Positions 44,282 through 55,584 of a stretch of 64,000 bases of DNA are shown here, one piece after another. The notes below the pieces were generated by a model, which did no database searches, was not told the DNA's origin, and worked only from the letters and a program-made list of their open reading frames with translations. The translations under genes were made by a program, and so were the position numbers. Source of the stretch: a virus; the IMG/VR virus record IMGVR_UViG_3300023176_002545. One strand, given 5' to 3'. Numbering within the stretch: position 1 is the first letter of the stretch; each line of letters starts with the position of its first letter.

Positions 44282-47200
44282 TGGCATATAGAATTAATAG
44301 AACAGATGGCACATTAATTACTGAAGTAATTGACGGTACTATTGATAGCAACAGTATTGACATAACACTTATTGGTAGAAACTATGCCGGATTTGGTGAA
44401 ATACTAAACGAAAACTTTGTAAAACTACTTGAAAACTTTGCAAGTTCAACTAGTCCAAGAAATCCATTGCAAGGTCAACTTTGGTATGACAAAAATGAAA
44501 ACCGTTTAAAAATTTATGACGGTAGCACATTTAGAGCAGGTGCTGGACCAATTGTTTCAGAATCACAACCAGGCGGACTTGTTGCTGGCGACATTTGGAT
44601 GGACAGTGCAGAAAACCAAATGTGGTTCTATGATGGATCTGATCTTACACTAGCTGGTCCAGTTTATAAAAGAACACAAGGTTTAAGTGGATTTCTTGTA
44701 AGAACTATCCGTGATGATCAGTTACAGCCAGTAACTATTACTGAAGTTTGGGCAGGCGGCACTTTCTTAGGTGCATACTCTCCTAAAAACTTTGTTCCTC
44801 TAGCAAATGAAAGATCTGAGCTTGGTGATAACATATATGCCGGTTTTAACGCAAGCACAGTACAAACATTTACAAACAACAATGTAACAGTTGACACAGC
44901 TAAATTTTTATTAGATGCACAAGGAATTAAACGTGATGCAAGTCAATTCCTACCAACATACAGAGATGGTACTATCAATGGTAGACTAACAGTAGCAGAC
45001 AACAACGGTATTGTTATTGGTTCACAAGGACAAGTAACACACAGTATGTCAAGTGAACGTTACTCAATTGTTAACAATAGAAGTAACCAATCAATGGCAG
45101 TTAGTGTTAGTGTTAATGGTATTAGAGAAAATGCTATTACTATAGATACTCCTAACAGAGCACTTGGTGTATTTGAATCATCTCCTCAACACACACTTGA
45201 TGTTGGCGGTGATGCAAGAATTCAAGGTAACCTAACAGTTGAAGGTGCAACAACTACAATTAGTTCAGTTGAACTAGTAGTTCAAGATGCTAACATTGTA
45301 CTTGGTCAAGGTGCAATTACACCAGCAGACGTTAATGGCGGCGGTATTACACTATCAGCAGCAAATGCACAAATTACTTATGATTCTTCAGACTCAGGTT
45401 ATTGGCACAGTAACATAGATTGGGATCTTGCTTCAGGCAAGTCTTATTATATCAATGGCATAAAAGTTTTAGATAGCACATCTTTAGGTGCTGGTGTTTT
45501 AACATCTAATCTACAGCAAGTTGGTACACTAGCTGATCTACATATTACAGATGCAAATGGTTTATATTTAAACAACAGTACAATATCATCTGTAAACAAT
45601 GTTGTTATTGATAGCACATCTGGAGCAATTATCTTAGGTCAATTAGGATTAAGAGAATTGCAAATTAAAAACATGGCTAATCCAACAGCCGCTCAAGATG
45701 CAACAACTAAACAATATGTTGATACACTTGTTGCAGCAAACGCTGGTGTTAACACTGTTAACGGATTAGGCGGCCAAGCATTGCTAGACTCAAACAGAAT
45801 GCCAGAAGGTACACAAGGCGATGCACTGTTTTGGAATGGTGTTGAATGGACAACAGCAGTTTATACTAACGGACTTGATGGTATAAGTCAAGACCTAAAC
45901 AGAAAATATTACACAGATGAGCGTGTACAACAGTATCTAACTACAAACAATTATACAACCACAACATATGTTAATACAATACGTGATAATATTCTTGGAT
46001 TACCTACTCCTCCAAGCAATATGAATACTCTTGCAGAAATTTCTGCAAGTATTAATGACGATCCAGATTTTAAAGGCTACGTTGATGCACAAGTTGCAAC
46101 ACGTATTAGTGCTGGTGTAAACGTTTTTGCTGGTGTTGGACTTGTTGATGCAGGTAATACACAGTTAACTGGCGACATTACAATTAACGTTGGTGCTGGC
46201 AATGGTATTATTGCTACTGCTAATGAAATCCGTGTTGACATGACAGTGTTTGATACTGACGATCTAACAGAAGGTACACTAAATCAATACTTTACAGCAC
46301 TTCGTGCTAGACAAGCACTTTCAGGTGCAACAGGTGTTACTTACAGCAGTACAACTGGTACCATTGCTATTGGACAAGACGTTGCTACATCAGCAACACC
46401 AACATTTAATGGTATAACAACTACTGGTAATACTATCTTAGGTGGTACTACAACACAAATTAACTCAGCAAACGTTAGACTTGCTGGTACAACAATATTA
46501 ATGAACTCCGATGAAACGGCAGCACCAACAGCAAACGTTGACTTTACAATTGAACGTGGTACTGCTAACAACGTAGCAATACGTTGGAACGAAGCAAGCG
46601 ATCAGTGGGAGTTCTCAAACAACGGTATTACATATACACCACTAGGTAGTGCTAGTGTGTTTACTGGCGACACTGATGGTGTTCCTGAAGGTATAGGTAA
46701 CCTATACTACACTGATGCAAGAGCAAGAGCTGCATTAAGCGGTGGCACTGGCGTAACATACAACAACACAACAGGTGTTATTGCAATTGGACAAGATGTT
46801 GCTACAAATGCTACAGTAAGTTTTGGTGGAGTAAACGTATTAGGCGGCCTTGTAGATACAGATACTTTAGTAGTTTCTACAAGTGCAGAAATAAACAGTT
46901 TGCTTATCTCTAGCAACGAAATAACACACAAACTAGCAACAGGTAATGTTGTTATTAAAGGTGCCGGTGGCGGCGTAGTAGATTTCCAAAGTCCAACAGT
47001 TGGACTAGATACATTTAGCTCAAGATTTACTACTGACGCAATTGAAATCAACGGCAATAAAATACAAACAACAGTTTCTAGTGCAGACCTTGAATTTGAT
47101 GCTAACGGCGGCGGACGAGTTAGAGTATTAACTAGTTTTGTAGTTGACGGAGATCTTATAGTAAATGGAACAACTACAACTGTAGACTCTACAACAGTTA

Positions 47201-50200
47201 GTATTGCAGATAATATTATTACACTTAATAGTAATGCTACAGGTGCTCCGGTTCTAAATGCAGGTATTGAAGTTAACAGAGGTAACTCATTAACTACAGC
47301 ACTACGTTGGAATGAAGCAAGCGACAAATGGGAAGCTACTGAAGACGGAACTAGTTACTTTACTATTCCTTCAACTTCAACTGATCTAGTAGAAGGTACA
47401 AATCTATACTATACTCAAACACGTTTTGATAATGCATTTGCAAATAAAACCACAGACAACTTAGGCGAAGGTCTAACTAATCTTTACTACACAACTACAA
47501 GATTCCAAGCAGACTTTGCAGGATCAAATACTAACCAATTGCCAGAAGGCACTACAAGTCTTTACTTTACAGACGCTAGAGCAAGAGCTGCTATTAGTGT
47601 AACTGGCGACGGTAGTTATGATCCAAACACAGGTATTATCACTATTGATTCACCTGTTGACAGTGTAAATGGACTAACTGGTGTTGTTACACTAACATCA
47701 AATGATGTTTCAGAAGGCAACGTTAATAGATACTTTACAGAAGCTAGAGCAAGATTAAGTCTTGCAGGTGGTACTGGTGTTACTTACAATAACGCAACTG
47801 GTAACATAGCAATTGGGCAAGCAGTTGAAACAACTTCAAATGTAGTATTTGGCGGTGTAACTTCAACAGGTAATGTAGATGTTGGGTCACAAGCAGGTGG
47901 CGGTGGTGCTGGTGGTGCTAAGATAGACATACACAAAGACAATAGTACACTAGACTTTGTTGGAACCGGTCATCTTACACTGCATGGTTATACAGATCCT
48001 AACTTTAAACTAACACTTGGTTATGAAACTAACTCAGACTTTGCATACATACAGGCAGGTTATAACAGTACTGCAACAAATAACTGGAAAACACTAGTTA
48101 TTAACCCTAATGGTGATAATAATTCAGGTAGAGTTGCAATTGGTAAAACTACAGCACAAGCATTGCTTGATGTAAACGGTACTGTAAAAGCACTGGCAAT
48201 TGATACAAATTCACTTAACGTTTCTGAATTAGAAATTTCTGGAACACTAAACTTTAAAGATAACATTATTTCAACAGTCAGTACCAACGCTGATATTGAA
48301 CTAAGACCTGCAGGAACTGGTAATGTTTACTTACCAACTTCTAAATTAGGTATTGGTTATGATCCTATTATTTCAGGTGCTACACCTAGACCATTAAGTT
48401 ATGCACTAGACGTTGATGGCGGCTCAGATGATGTTGTAGGTAGAATTAAAAATACTATTTCAACAACAGACCCTGGTCCTTATTTTAACATTTATAGAGA
48501 TTCACCTAACCCGGCTGACGGAGACTTTATTGGCGGTGTACAACTTACAGGTAACGATAACTTAGGTACTGAAGTTGCATTTGTTAAATTAAGATCTCAA
48601 ATTGCAGACTTTACAAGTTCAACCAAAGCATCTACTTTTATAATTGAAAACTATAAAAACAATGCTTATGTACAACATGTATTTGGCAACGATGAAATTG
48701 TTTTCAACGAAACAGGTGCCGATCTTAACTTCCGTGTAGAAGGAAACGGTGCACCAGATGCATTATTTGTACAAGGTTCAGATGGTAACGTAGGTTTTGG
48801 TACACAGAGTCCAGTACAACGTGTTGACATTAACGGTAACTTAGGTATTGGTAGCGTTGAAGTTATTACTTCTGGTAGAAGTTTAACTAATATTGTTGAC
48901 TATAGTGCAACTGGACAACTACAAATTAGTGGTTCAGCTACACTTGGTGACCTAACATATGCATCAAACCATGCTATGAATGGTAGTGTTACATTTAGTG
49001 ATAATACAAGTTCAATGGTTATTGATGGTTCAGAAATGCGTTCACAGGGTGGCATTACTGTAAGACTTGACACTGACGTTTCAGGCGGTGCTAACGAATA
49101 CTTTAAAGTTATTAACAACGGTGGAACAGAACTATTCAGTGTTAATTCAAGTACAGGTGTTAGTAAATTTGCTAATGCATTTAGCATTCCAGCAGTAGAT
49201 GGTGCATCTAACCAGGCACTTATTACTAATGGATTGGGTGCAGTTACTTGGCAAACTATTAGTTCAACTATTGTTGCAGAAGGTACCAACCTATACTGGA
49301 CACAAAACAGATTTGATACAGCTCTATCTAACAAAACAACTACAAACCTAGGTGAAGGTTTGAACTTGTACTATACTGATGCAAGAGTCCAATCAAAACT
49401 TGCAGCTATTACTGGTTCATTAGCACCAAGTTCAAATGCTACATATGATATAGGTTCACAGATCAACAACTTCCGTACTATGTACCTTAGTACTGGACTT
49501 GGAATTGGTCTAAACACTGCTCTTTCCGCAGAAATACATGTTAGCGGTACAGGCGATCAAGAAATTAGAGCTCAAAGCACTAGTGCAGGCGATGCTATCT
49601 TCCAAGGTATTGGTAGTGGAGCAGGCAAAGGCGGACGCTTTAAAGGTAATCCAGACACTTATATAGGCGGTGCCAACTCAGGTAGCATTTATTTTGAAAG
49701 CGGATTAACTGAAATTATGCGTATGAACTCAAGTCAGTTCATTGTAGGTGGCGGTGCATTTAGTGATACACAAAACCGTGTAATGATTTCAACCAGTGGC
49801 GACATGCAGTTTGGTACAAACACCACTGCACTCCGCACAGTACAGAGCTTTAGAAATGCTAATGGTGAAATAGGTAGTATTACTACTAACGGATCAACCA
49901 CAGCGTTTAACACAACATCGGATTATCGTTTAAAAGACGAAATAGGTTCTATTGACGATGCTGTTGAACGTGTAAAAGCACTAAGACCAATCAAGTTTAC
50001 ATATCTAGCTGATACTGAAGAGCTAGTACATGATGGTTTTATAGCACATGAAGTACAAGAAATTGTACCAAATGCAGTATATGGTGAAAAAGATGCTGTT
50101 GAAGAAGACGGCCGTGTTAAAGCACAGCAGTTAGATCACAGTAAACTTGTGCCTGTACTAACTAGTGCATTGCAAGAAGCGTTAAATAAGATAGACGAGC

Positions 50201-50235
50201 TCGAAGCTCGCCTAGCAAAGTTGGAAAACAAATAA
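44281..50235 (+). CDS. Long tail fibre with C-terminal peptidase S74 intramolecular chaperone
   Basis: 1984 aa G/T/N-rich repeats; TSDYRLK...GFIAHEVQE.VP.AV.G.KD...LD.SKLVPVL..ALQE and a terminal coiled coil (about 49915-50235). Confidence 0.88.
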   Translation: MAYRINRTDGTLITEVIDGTIDSNSIDITLIGRNYAGFGEILNENFVKLLENFASSTSPRNPLQGQLWYDKNENRLKIYDGSTFRAGAGPIVSESQPGGLVAGDIWMDSAENQMWFYDGSDLTLAGPVYKRTQGLSGFLVRTIRDDQLQPVTITEVWAGGTFLGAYSPKNFVPLANERSELGDNIYAGFNASTVQTFTNNNVTVDTAKFLLDAQGIKRDASQFLPTYRDGTINGRLTVADNNGIVIGSQGQVTHSMSSERYSIVNNRSNQSMAVSVSVNGIRENAITIDTPNRALGVFESSPQHTLDVGGDARIQGNLTVEGATTTISSVELVVQDANIVLGQGAITPADVNGGGITLSAANAQITYDSSDSGYWHSNIDWDLASGKSYYINGIKVLDSTSLGAGVLTSNLQQVGTLADLHITDANGLYLNNSTISSVNNVVIDSTSGAIILGQLGLRELQIKNMANPTAAQDATTKQYVDTLVAANAGVNTVNGLGGQALLDSNRMPEGTQGDALFWNGVEWTTAVYTNGLDGISQDLNRKYYTDERVQQYLTTNNYTTTTYVNTIRDNILGLPTPPSNMNTLAEISASINDDPDFKGYVDAQVATRISAGVNVFAGVGLVDAGNTQLTGDITINVGAGNGIIATANEIRVDMTVFDTDDLTEGTLNQYFTALRARQALSGATGVTYSSTTGTIAIGQDVATSATPTFNGITTTGNTILGGTTTQINSANVRLAGTTILMNSDETAAPTANVDFTIERGTANNVAIRWNEASDQWEFSNNGITYTPLGSASVFTGDTDGVPEGIGNLYYTDARARAALSGGTGVTYNNTTGVIAIGQDVATNATVSFGGVNVLGGLVDTDTLVVSTSAEINSLLISSNEITHKLATGNVVIKGAGGGVVDFQSPTVGLDTFSSRFTTDAIEINGNKIQTTVSSADLEFDANGGGRVRVLTSFVVDGDLIVNGTTTTVDSTTVSIADNIITLNSNATGAPVLNAGIEVNRGNSLTTALRWNEASDKWEATEDGTSYFTIPSTSTDLVEGTNLYYTQTRFDNAFANKTTDNLGEGLTNLYYTTTRFQADFAGSNTNQLPEGTTSLYFTDARARAAISVTGDGSYDPNTGIITIDSPVDSVNGLTGVVTLTSNDVSEGNVNRYFTEARARLSLAGGTGVTYNNATGNIAIGQAVETTSNVVFGGVTSTGNVDVGSQAGGGGAGGAKIDIHKDNSTLDFVGTGHLTLHGYTDPNFKLTLGYETNSDFAYIQAGYNSTATNNWKTLVINPNGDNNSGRVAIGKTTAQALLDVNGTVKALAIDTNSLNVSELEISGTLNFKDNIISTVSTNADIELRPAGTGNVYLPTSKLGIGYDPIISGATPRPLSYALDVDGGSDDVVGRIKNTISTTDPGPYFNIYRDSPNPADGDFIGGVQLTGNDNLGTEVAFVKLRSQIADFTSSTKASTFIIENYKNNAYVQHVFGNDEIVFNETGADLNFRVEGNGAPDALFVQGSDGNVGFGTQSPVQRVDINGNLGIGSVEVITSGRSLTNIVDYSATGQLQISGSATLGDLTYASNHAMNGSVTFSDNTSSMVIDGSEMRSQGGITVRLDTDVSGGANEYFKVINNGGTELFSVNSSTGVSKFANAFSIPAVDGASNQALITNGLGAVTWQTISSTIVAEGTNLYWTQNRFDTALSNKTTTNLGEGLNLYYTDARVQSKLAAITGSLAPSSNATYDIGSQINNFRTMYLSTGLGIGLNTALSAEIHVSGTGDQEIRAQSTSAGDAIFQGIGSGAGKGGRFKGNPDTYIGGANSGSIYFESGLTEIMRMNSSQFIVGGGAFSDTQNRVMISTSGDMQFGTNTTALRTVQSFRNANGEIGSITTNGSTTAFNTTSDYRLKDEIGSIDDAVERVKALRPIKFTYLADTEELVHDGFIAHEVQEIVPNAVYGEKDAVEEDGRVKAQQLDHSKLVPVLTSALQEALNKIDELEARLAKLENK

Positions 50236-50271
50236 ATACAATAGAACAAACACATTAGGGGTCCAAAAGAA

Positions 50272-51765
50272 ATGGCGTACACAATAAACAGTTTTACCGG
50301 TGTTAACAATGATATTACCATTGAAGACGGTACAGTAAATCAAGCAACTTCCCTAAAAATGATCGGCAAAAACTATGCTGGTTATGGCGAGTTGCAAAAT
50401 GAAAATTTTTACCACCTGCTAGAAAACTTTGCAGGAACAGGAGAACCTGCTCGCAAAGTTACTGGTATGATTTGGTATGATGCAACAGAAAACAGAATTA
50501 GATTTTATGACGGACAAAGATTCCGCCCTGCTTCAGGTGCAGAAGTTAGTACTTCGCAACCAGAAGGACAAACAGCAGGCGATTTTTGGTTTGACAGTGC
50601 AAACGATCAAGTATTTGTTTACACAGGAAACCAATATGTACTCGTAGGTCCACAAACAACTTCACAAGGTCAAGTTACACAGCTAGAAACAGGATTTGCA
50701 AAATCATCTTACGACGGATCCCTAAAACCAATAGTAAGAGCATTTGTAAACGGTGATGTAATTTTTACTATTTCACAAGAGTCATTTCCAATTAACACAG
50801 CTGAAACTGAAAACCTTGACTTGTTAAACTTTACTGAAGTTAAATCAGGTATTACACTAAGAACAACAGGATCAACAGGCTTTACATCAGGACCTACACG
50901 TTTTTGGGGTACTGCAAGTGCTGCTGAAAAACTTGTTGTTAACGGTGCTATTTTTGACTCATCAGAGTTTGTTCAAAAAAATAATCCGGAAATGCTTGCA
51001 CAAACACGTATTCGTGCAGAAGGCAGCAGCGGCGGCCTAACAATTGGTAGTGCTGACACATTTAAGATTTACAACAATGGCAACGTTGCAGTTATTAACA
51101 ACAATGGCGGTACTGACATTGCATTTGCAGACAGTAGTGCTACACGTTTTAGAGTAAGTGCTAATATTTTCAAACCAGAAACTAATGGTACACACGATTT
51201 AGGTGAATCAGGCACTAGATTTAGAGCAATTTATGCAAATACTATTGATGGTACAGTTACACAAGCACAAACATTAGAATATGATGGATTAGGATCAGGA
51301 AATTATGCACAAGCACAAGTTGCTGATAGTCCTTTAACTATTCCTGTACGTGATGGAAGTGGTACTGTATTTGCTACAACATTTAATGGTGTTTCAACTT
51401 CAGCACAATATGCTGACTTGGCAGAAAAATATACAACAAGCGGAGACTTACCAGTCGGAACAGCAGTTGCAGTATGTGGACATGACGATCATGAAGTAGA
51501 TCCTGCAAACGCAGGCGATATTTGTATTGGTGTTGTATCAGCAGAACCAGCATATTTGATGAACAGCGAAGCAGAAGGTCAAGCAATTGGTCTTAAAGGT
51601 CGTGTTCCTGTAAGGGTAAAAGGACCTGTGAAAAAAGGTCAACCAATATATGCTTGGGAAAATGGTGTATGCGGAACAACAGCCGCTACAGCTTTGGTAG
51701 GTATTGCACTTGAATCTAACAGTGAAGAAGGTGAGAAGCTAGTTGAATGCGTACTAAAGGTGTAA
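50272..51765 (+). CDS. Tail fibre/spike protein with autoproteolytic-chaperone-like C-terminal domain
   Basis: N-terminal domain paralogous to the two preceding fibres; C-terminus AQYADLAEKY...GVVS.EPAYLMN...GRVPV.V. Confidence 0.7.
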   Translation: MAYTINSFTGVNNDITIEDGTVNQATSLKMIGKNYAGYGELQNENFYHLLENFAGTGEPARKVTGMIWYDATENRIRFYDGQRFRPASGAEVSTSQPEGQTAGDFWFDSANDQVFVYTGNQYVLVGPQTTSQGQVTQLETGFAKSSYDGSLKPIVRAFVNGDVIFTISQESFPINTAETENLDLLNFTEVKSGITLRTTGSTGFTSGPTRFWGTASAAEKLVVNGAIFDSSEFVQKNNPEMLAQTRIRAEGSSGGLTIGSADTFKIYNNGNVAVINNNGGTDIAFADSSATRFRVSANIFKPETNGTHDLGESGTRFRAIYANTIDGTVTQAQTLEYDGLGSGNYAQAQVADSPLTIPVRDGSGTVFATTFNGVSTSAQYADLAEKYTTSGDLPVGTAVAVCGHDDHEVDPANAGDICIGVVSAEPAYLMNSEAEGQAIGLKGRVPVRVKGPVKKGQPIYAWENGVCGTTAATALVGIALESNSEEGEKLVECVLKV

Positions 51766-51768
51766 ACA

Positions 51769-52770
51769 ATGGCAAAAATAACAGCAGAAGCGTTTAATAG
51801 ACTAAGAACACAGATATTAAACATTGTTAACAACAACGATTTTAATAGTAACCCTGAATTAAATGTTAATTACGGCGGATATGGGCAGAATTATACTATT
51901 AATGCTGCACAAAGCGGTTCTGTTATTGGCTACGAAGAACACAAACAACTCTACGATGCAATCGTAGCAGCAAGAGTACACCAAACTGGTGCTATTCCTA
52001 CAACACTTTCAGCAGTTGATCCACTTGATATTATTGGCGATGACGCTACATATAAACTAGATCCAGTAACTAAACAGATTGTTGTTGATGATAGCCTTGC
52101 AGGTTATGATGATATTGAACTAGAAATACAAAGAGCTAAAAACGGTCTTAACAACGGACTGCATGCACTAGGTTCAAGATCAGAATTTGACAAACTAAGT
52201 ACTTCTCGTGCAGACCCATGGGGCAATGATGCTACTACACAAAGTATTGATTGTGAATTTTCAATAGACTTTGGTACTTTTGAATCAGCAAGACGCTTTT
52301 GGAATACCGGAGGCGAAATTAGAATTACTGGTCAACATGCAAACGCATCAGATGCAAAAAACCAATCATGGATTGACCTATTCAGTAACTTTAGTTATTA
52401 CATGAAAGCAAGAAGTTCTGCAGGTACAGCAGGCTCAATTAACGAAGGTTGGTCAGGACTAACTAACACTTATCAGCAAGTAGGTTTTTGGTCTGTTTCA
52501 ACTAATTCACTTTATGCAGAAAACTATGTAAAAATAGAAGCAAAAACAGAACAAGCACTAAACACTAACGGAACAGCAAGATTTTTATACATTAAAGTAA
52601 CATGCGTTGATGCTGACGTGGGCGACGGCGATGCATTTACACCACCAATTCCAGTAGACGAACCTGTACAACCTGGAACAACTATAACACTATCAGAATT
52701 TAGGGCAAACACAGTTTATATTACAGCAGTATCACCAGTCGTGACATTCGCTGGCGGCAATACATTATAA
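51769..52770 (+). CDS. Virion structural protein (fibre-associated), putative
   Basis: 333 aa; paralogous to the next gene (IT...N.LR, FWNTGGEIRI vs FFAMGGEVTM). Confidence 0.6.
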   Translation: MAKITAEAFNRLRTQILNIVNNNDFNSNPELNVNYGGYGQNYTINAAQSGSVIGYEEHKQLYDAIVAARVHQTGAIPTTLSAVDPLDIIGDDATYKLDPVTKQIVVDDSLAGYDDIELEIQRAKNGLNNGLHALGSRSEFDKLSTSRADPWGNDATTQSIDCEFSIDFGTFESARRFWNTGGEIRITGQHANASDAKNQSWIDLFSNFSYYMKARSSAGTAGSINEGWSGLTNTYQQVGFWSVSTNSLYAENYVKIEAKTEQALNTNGTARFLYIKVTCVDADVGDGDAFTPPIPVDEPVQPGTTITLSEFRANTVYITAVSPVVTFAGGNTL

Positions 52771-52779
52771 GGTGACCTA

Positions 52780-54324
52780 ATGGCAGAAGTAACACTAGGA
52801 CAAGGTATTACAGCAGCACAGTATAATGATCTAAGAACTAGAATGTTAGCTGTATGCAGTGATTACGGACTTACTCAAACAGTTATTGAATCCTATCTAG
52901 GAACTACATGGCCTGCTAAAACAGCAGGTTCTACAATTTCAAACACAGACTGGGATAAACTATTCCTTGTAATTTACTGGTGTCGTGTTCATCAATCTAA
53001 CGCTCCTGATGTTGGAATACCACAAACAGCAGATTTTAATCAATTTACCAATGCAACACCTATACAAGCTGGTGACGGCTATGAATACAATACTACTACA
53101 GGTGAACCAATTGGTCCTGGTCCAGACGGTCTAGATCGAGGTTATAACGATCTAGAAGAAGCAGTTCAACTTTGTGAAGAATTTTCATTAACACACGCAG
53201 CAGGACAATTTACTGACGGTGCTAGTCAAGCTACTAGTGCAGACACAAGTTCAACAGCTTGGGGCGGAGGCGTCAACGATAGTAACCTTGGCGGATCACC
53301 AGGTTTTGAACTTGTTGGTGACAACAGTTTAGGTCAAATTAGAAGAGAATTTGATATTGTGTTTACTAATAGTACTACTCGTGATAAATTTTTTGCTATG
53401 GGCGGCGAAGTAACAATGTACGCAAGACTTACAAATTCAAATGGCGTTCCTTTTACAAGCAATCCCGGCGGAGCAAAAGCAAACTGGTGGTACAATCATT
53501 TGAACGTTGCAAATCCTGTCAACTTTGTAATAAACAAACAACTTTTTGATATACTAACAACATCATATCAAACAGTAATTCAAAAGTTTGATAGTGATGA
53601 CAACACTTATCAGTTAAACACAACTAAAATTGAAATGAAACGCAACGCTAATAATAGTGTTATTAGTGTAAAAATAGTATGTGCTGATAACGATAGATCT
53701 TCAAAACAATGGCCAGATGAGCCACGTGATGAAAATGTAGGTCAACGTGTCGCTACCTGGTGTTCAATTAAAACTATTACAGGTGCAACCAATCCATTAT
53801 TTAATACTGTTGGATCACTACCTTCAGTTTCTATAACACAAGCCTGGGTAGTAGAAGCAATTACAGGTCAAGCACCTCCGTCTGCACCTCCAACTCCTCC
53901 AGGTCCTTTTACTCTTAGTGTTTCACAAAAAGGTGATATAACAGGTGCTGGTACAACTTCTTACACACTAGGTACATTTACTATTCCAGCAGAATACTGG
54001 AAGGTTAATGTAAATTTCTCTACTTTTGCCGACGGTAATACCACTTATATCTTTGGAATATTTAAAGATAGGTCTTACTATGGCGGAGACAATCGATTAA
54101 GAATTTACGAAGGTACTACTAGTGGTACTGTTGTGTACGACAGTGGACTTGTTTTAGGCAGAGTTACTGGTTATACATCTAGAAATATTCAAGCACAGTT
54201 TTTAAAAACTATGAACGGCAGCCAGTTATATACTGCACAATTTACCAGTTACGAAGCCAGTGCTGCCCAATGTAATACAGGTTGTACAGTAACAATAACA
54301 GCAGACTTTACTGGCTTCGAATAA
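52780..54324 (+). CDS. Virion structural protein (fibre-associated), putative
   Basis: 514 aa; paralogue of the preceding gene plus a Pro linker (PPSAPPTPPGP) and an extra beta domain. Confidence 0.6.
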   Translation: MAEVTLGQGITAAQYNDLRTRMLAVCSDYGLTQTVIESYLGTTWPAKTAGSTISNTDWDKLFLVIYWCRVHQSNAPDVGIPQTADFNQFTNATPIQAGDGYEYNTTTGEPIGPGPDGLDRGYNDLEEAVQLCEEFSLTHAAGQFTDGASQATSADTSSTAWGGGVNDSNLGGSPGFELVGDNSLGQIRREFDIVFTNSTTRDKFFAMGGEVTMYARLTNSNGVPFTSNPGGAKANWWYNHLNVANPVNFVINKQLFDILTTSYQTVIQKFDSDDNTYQLNTTKIEMKRNANNSVISVKIVCADNDRSSKQWPDEPRDENVGQRVATWCSIKTITGATNPLFNTVGSLPSVSITQAWVVEAITGQAPPSAPPTPPGPFTLSVSQKGDITGAGTTSYTLGTFTIPAEYWKVNVNFSTFADGNTTYIFGIFKDRSYYGGDNRLRIYEGTTSGTVVYDSGLVLGRVTGYTSRNIQAQFLKTMNGSQLYTAQFTSYEASAAQCNTGCTVTITADFTGFE

Positions 54325-54332
54325 ATTCAGTC

Positions 54333-54361
54333 TTGACAAAATTTATCAAATAGTGTAATAT
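54333..54361 (+). promoter_or_regulatory. sigma70-type promoter heading the glycosyltransferase cluster
   Basis: TTGACA-N17-TAATAT, followed by a gagg RBS and ATG at 54386. Confidence 0.75.
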
Positions 54362-54385
54362 ATACTAATACACATGAGGTAAATT

Positions 54386-54730
54386 ATGGATCCAAGATTA
54401 GAAAAAGTTCTAGAAGATGTAAATCATATACATTCAATCAACAATCAAAAAAGATTGCTCAAAGAAAAGTATTACGAAGACAGGGTAGTGTTTTCTAATG
54501 GTGGAAAATTTACAGTAACAGATTCTTTTATTGCTTTTGTTAAAGAAGCATCTGCTAACGGAATTATACATTTTATAGATGATAACGATATTCCTGTTGA
54601 GATTGAAGATGTAGACACTTTCTACAACACAATCGTTAACACATATAAAACAGCCACAACACAGTACTATCAAAAGTATAACGCTTTAGTTGAAAGTTCT
54701 AGGAATATAGAGGAATTGCTGTCAATATGA
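54386..54730 (+). CDS. Hypothetical protein (114 aa)
   Basis: RBS present; overlaps the next start; contains a D.NDIPV.I motif. Confidence 0.6.
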   Translation: MDPRLEKVLEDVNHIHSINNQKRLLKEKYYEDRVVFSNGGKFTVTDSFIAFVKEASANGIIHFIDDNDIPVEIEDVDTFYNTIVNTYKTATTQYYQKYNALVESSRNIEELLSI

Positions 54731-55584
54731 CCACAGGCGTTTTGTTATTTGCATATAACAATACCGCGATTGATTATGTTAAACAAGCAATATACAATGC
54801 AAAACTTGTAAAAAAGCATCTCAATCTTCCGGTAGTTATTGTTACAGATAGTGTTAACTATCTTGAAAAGGCTTTTCCTTTTTATAAGAAATATGTTGAT
54901 CAAGTAATCTTTAAAGATACTGATAAAACCTTTCAAACTAGAGAGTTCTTTGGCGGCGAGCATTTTTCAACAAAAGCAGAATGGAAAAATGTTAATCGAG
55001 GAACAGCATATGATATATCTCCATTTGATACAACAATAGTATTAGATACTGACTATCTAATTAACAATGACAACCTTTTAAAAGTAATTGATCAGCCAGA
55101 CGACTTATTCATATACAAAGATTCTTGTGATATTTCATATGCTAGACAACTCAAAGGTCTAGAAAGAATATCAGATGATACGTTAGATTTTTACTGGGCT
55201 ACAGTATTAGTTTTTAAGAAAACAGAAAGAACTAAAAAGTTGTTTGATCTAGTAAATTGTATTAAACGTCACTATCACTACTTTAGAACTCTTTATAGAA
55301 TAACACCTAAATTGTATAGAAATGATTATGCATTTAGTATTGCTATACACATACTAAATGGATATCAAAAAACAGAGTGGCCAAAACAACCTCCTGGAAA
55401 AATGATATATTCTAGTCCTGCTGATGATTTAATTAGTATAAAAGATGAAAAGTATATATTTGCACTTGGACACGACAAACGTCCAGACAAAGTTAACATA
55501 GTTACAGTTGAAGATCTTAATTTACACGTTATGAACAAGTTACATTTAAACGATTTAATTACTTGGGAGTTTGATCTTGAGTAA
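54727..55584 (+). CDS. Nucleotide-diphospho-sugar (GT-A) glycosyltransferase-like protein
   Basis: GVLLFAYN, SPFDTTIVLDTDYL (DxD) and YRNDYAFSIA. Confidence 0.7.
   Translation: MTTGVLLFAYNNTAIDYVKQAIYNAKLVKKHLNLPVVIVTDSVNYLEKAFPFYKKYVDQVIFKDTDKTFQTREFFGGEHFSTKAEWKNVNRGTAYDISPFDTTIVLDTDYLINNDNLLKVIDQPDDLFIYKDSCDISYARQLKGLERISDDTLDFYWATVLVFKKTERTKKLFDLVNCIKRHYHYFRTLYRITPKLYRNDYAFSIAIHILNGYQKTEWPKQPPGKMIYSSPADDLISIKDEKYIFALGHDKRPDKVNIVTVEDLNLHVMNKLHLNDLITWEFDLE

Noticed and set aside
41017-49334. Minus-strand ORFs opposite the fibre genes (41108-41500, 46707-47327, 48900-49334 and others)
   Set aside because: Antisense to well-supported structural genes; expected from codon bias.
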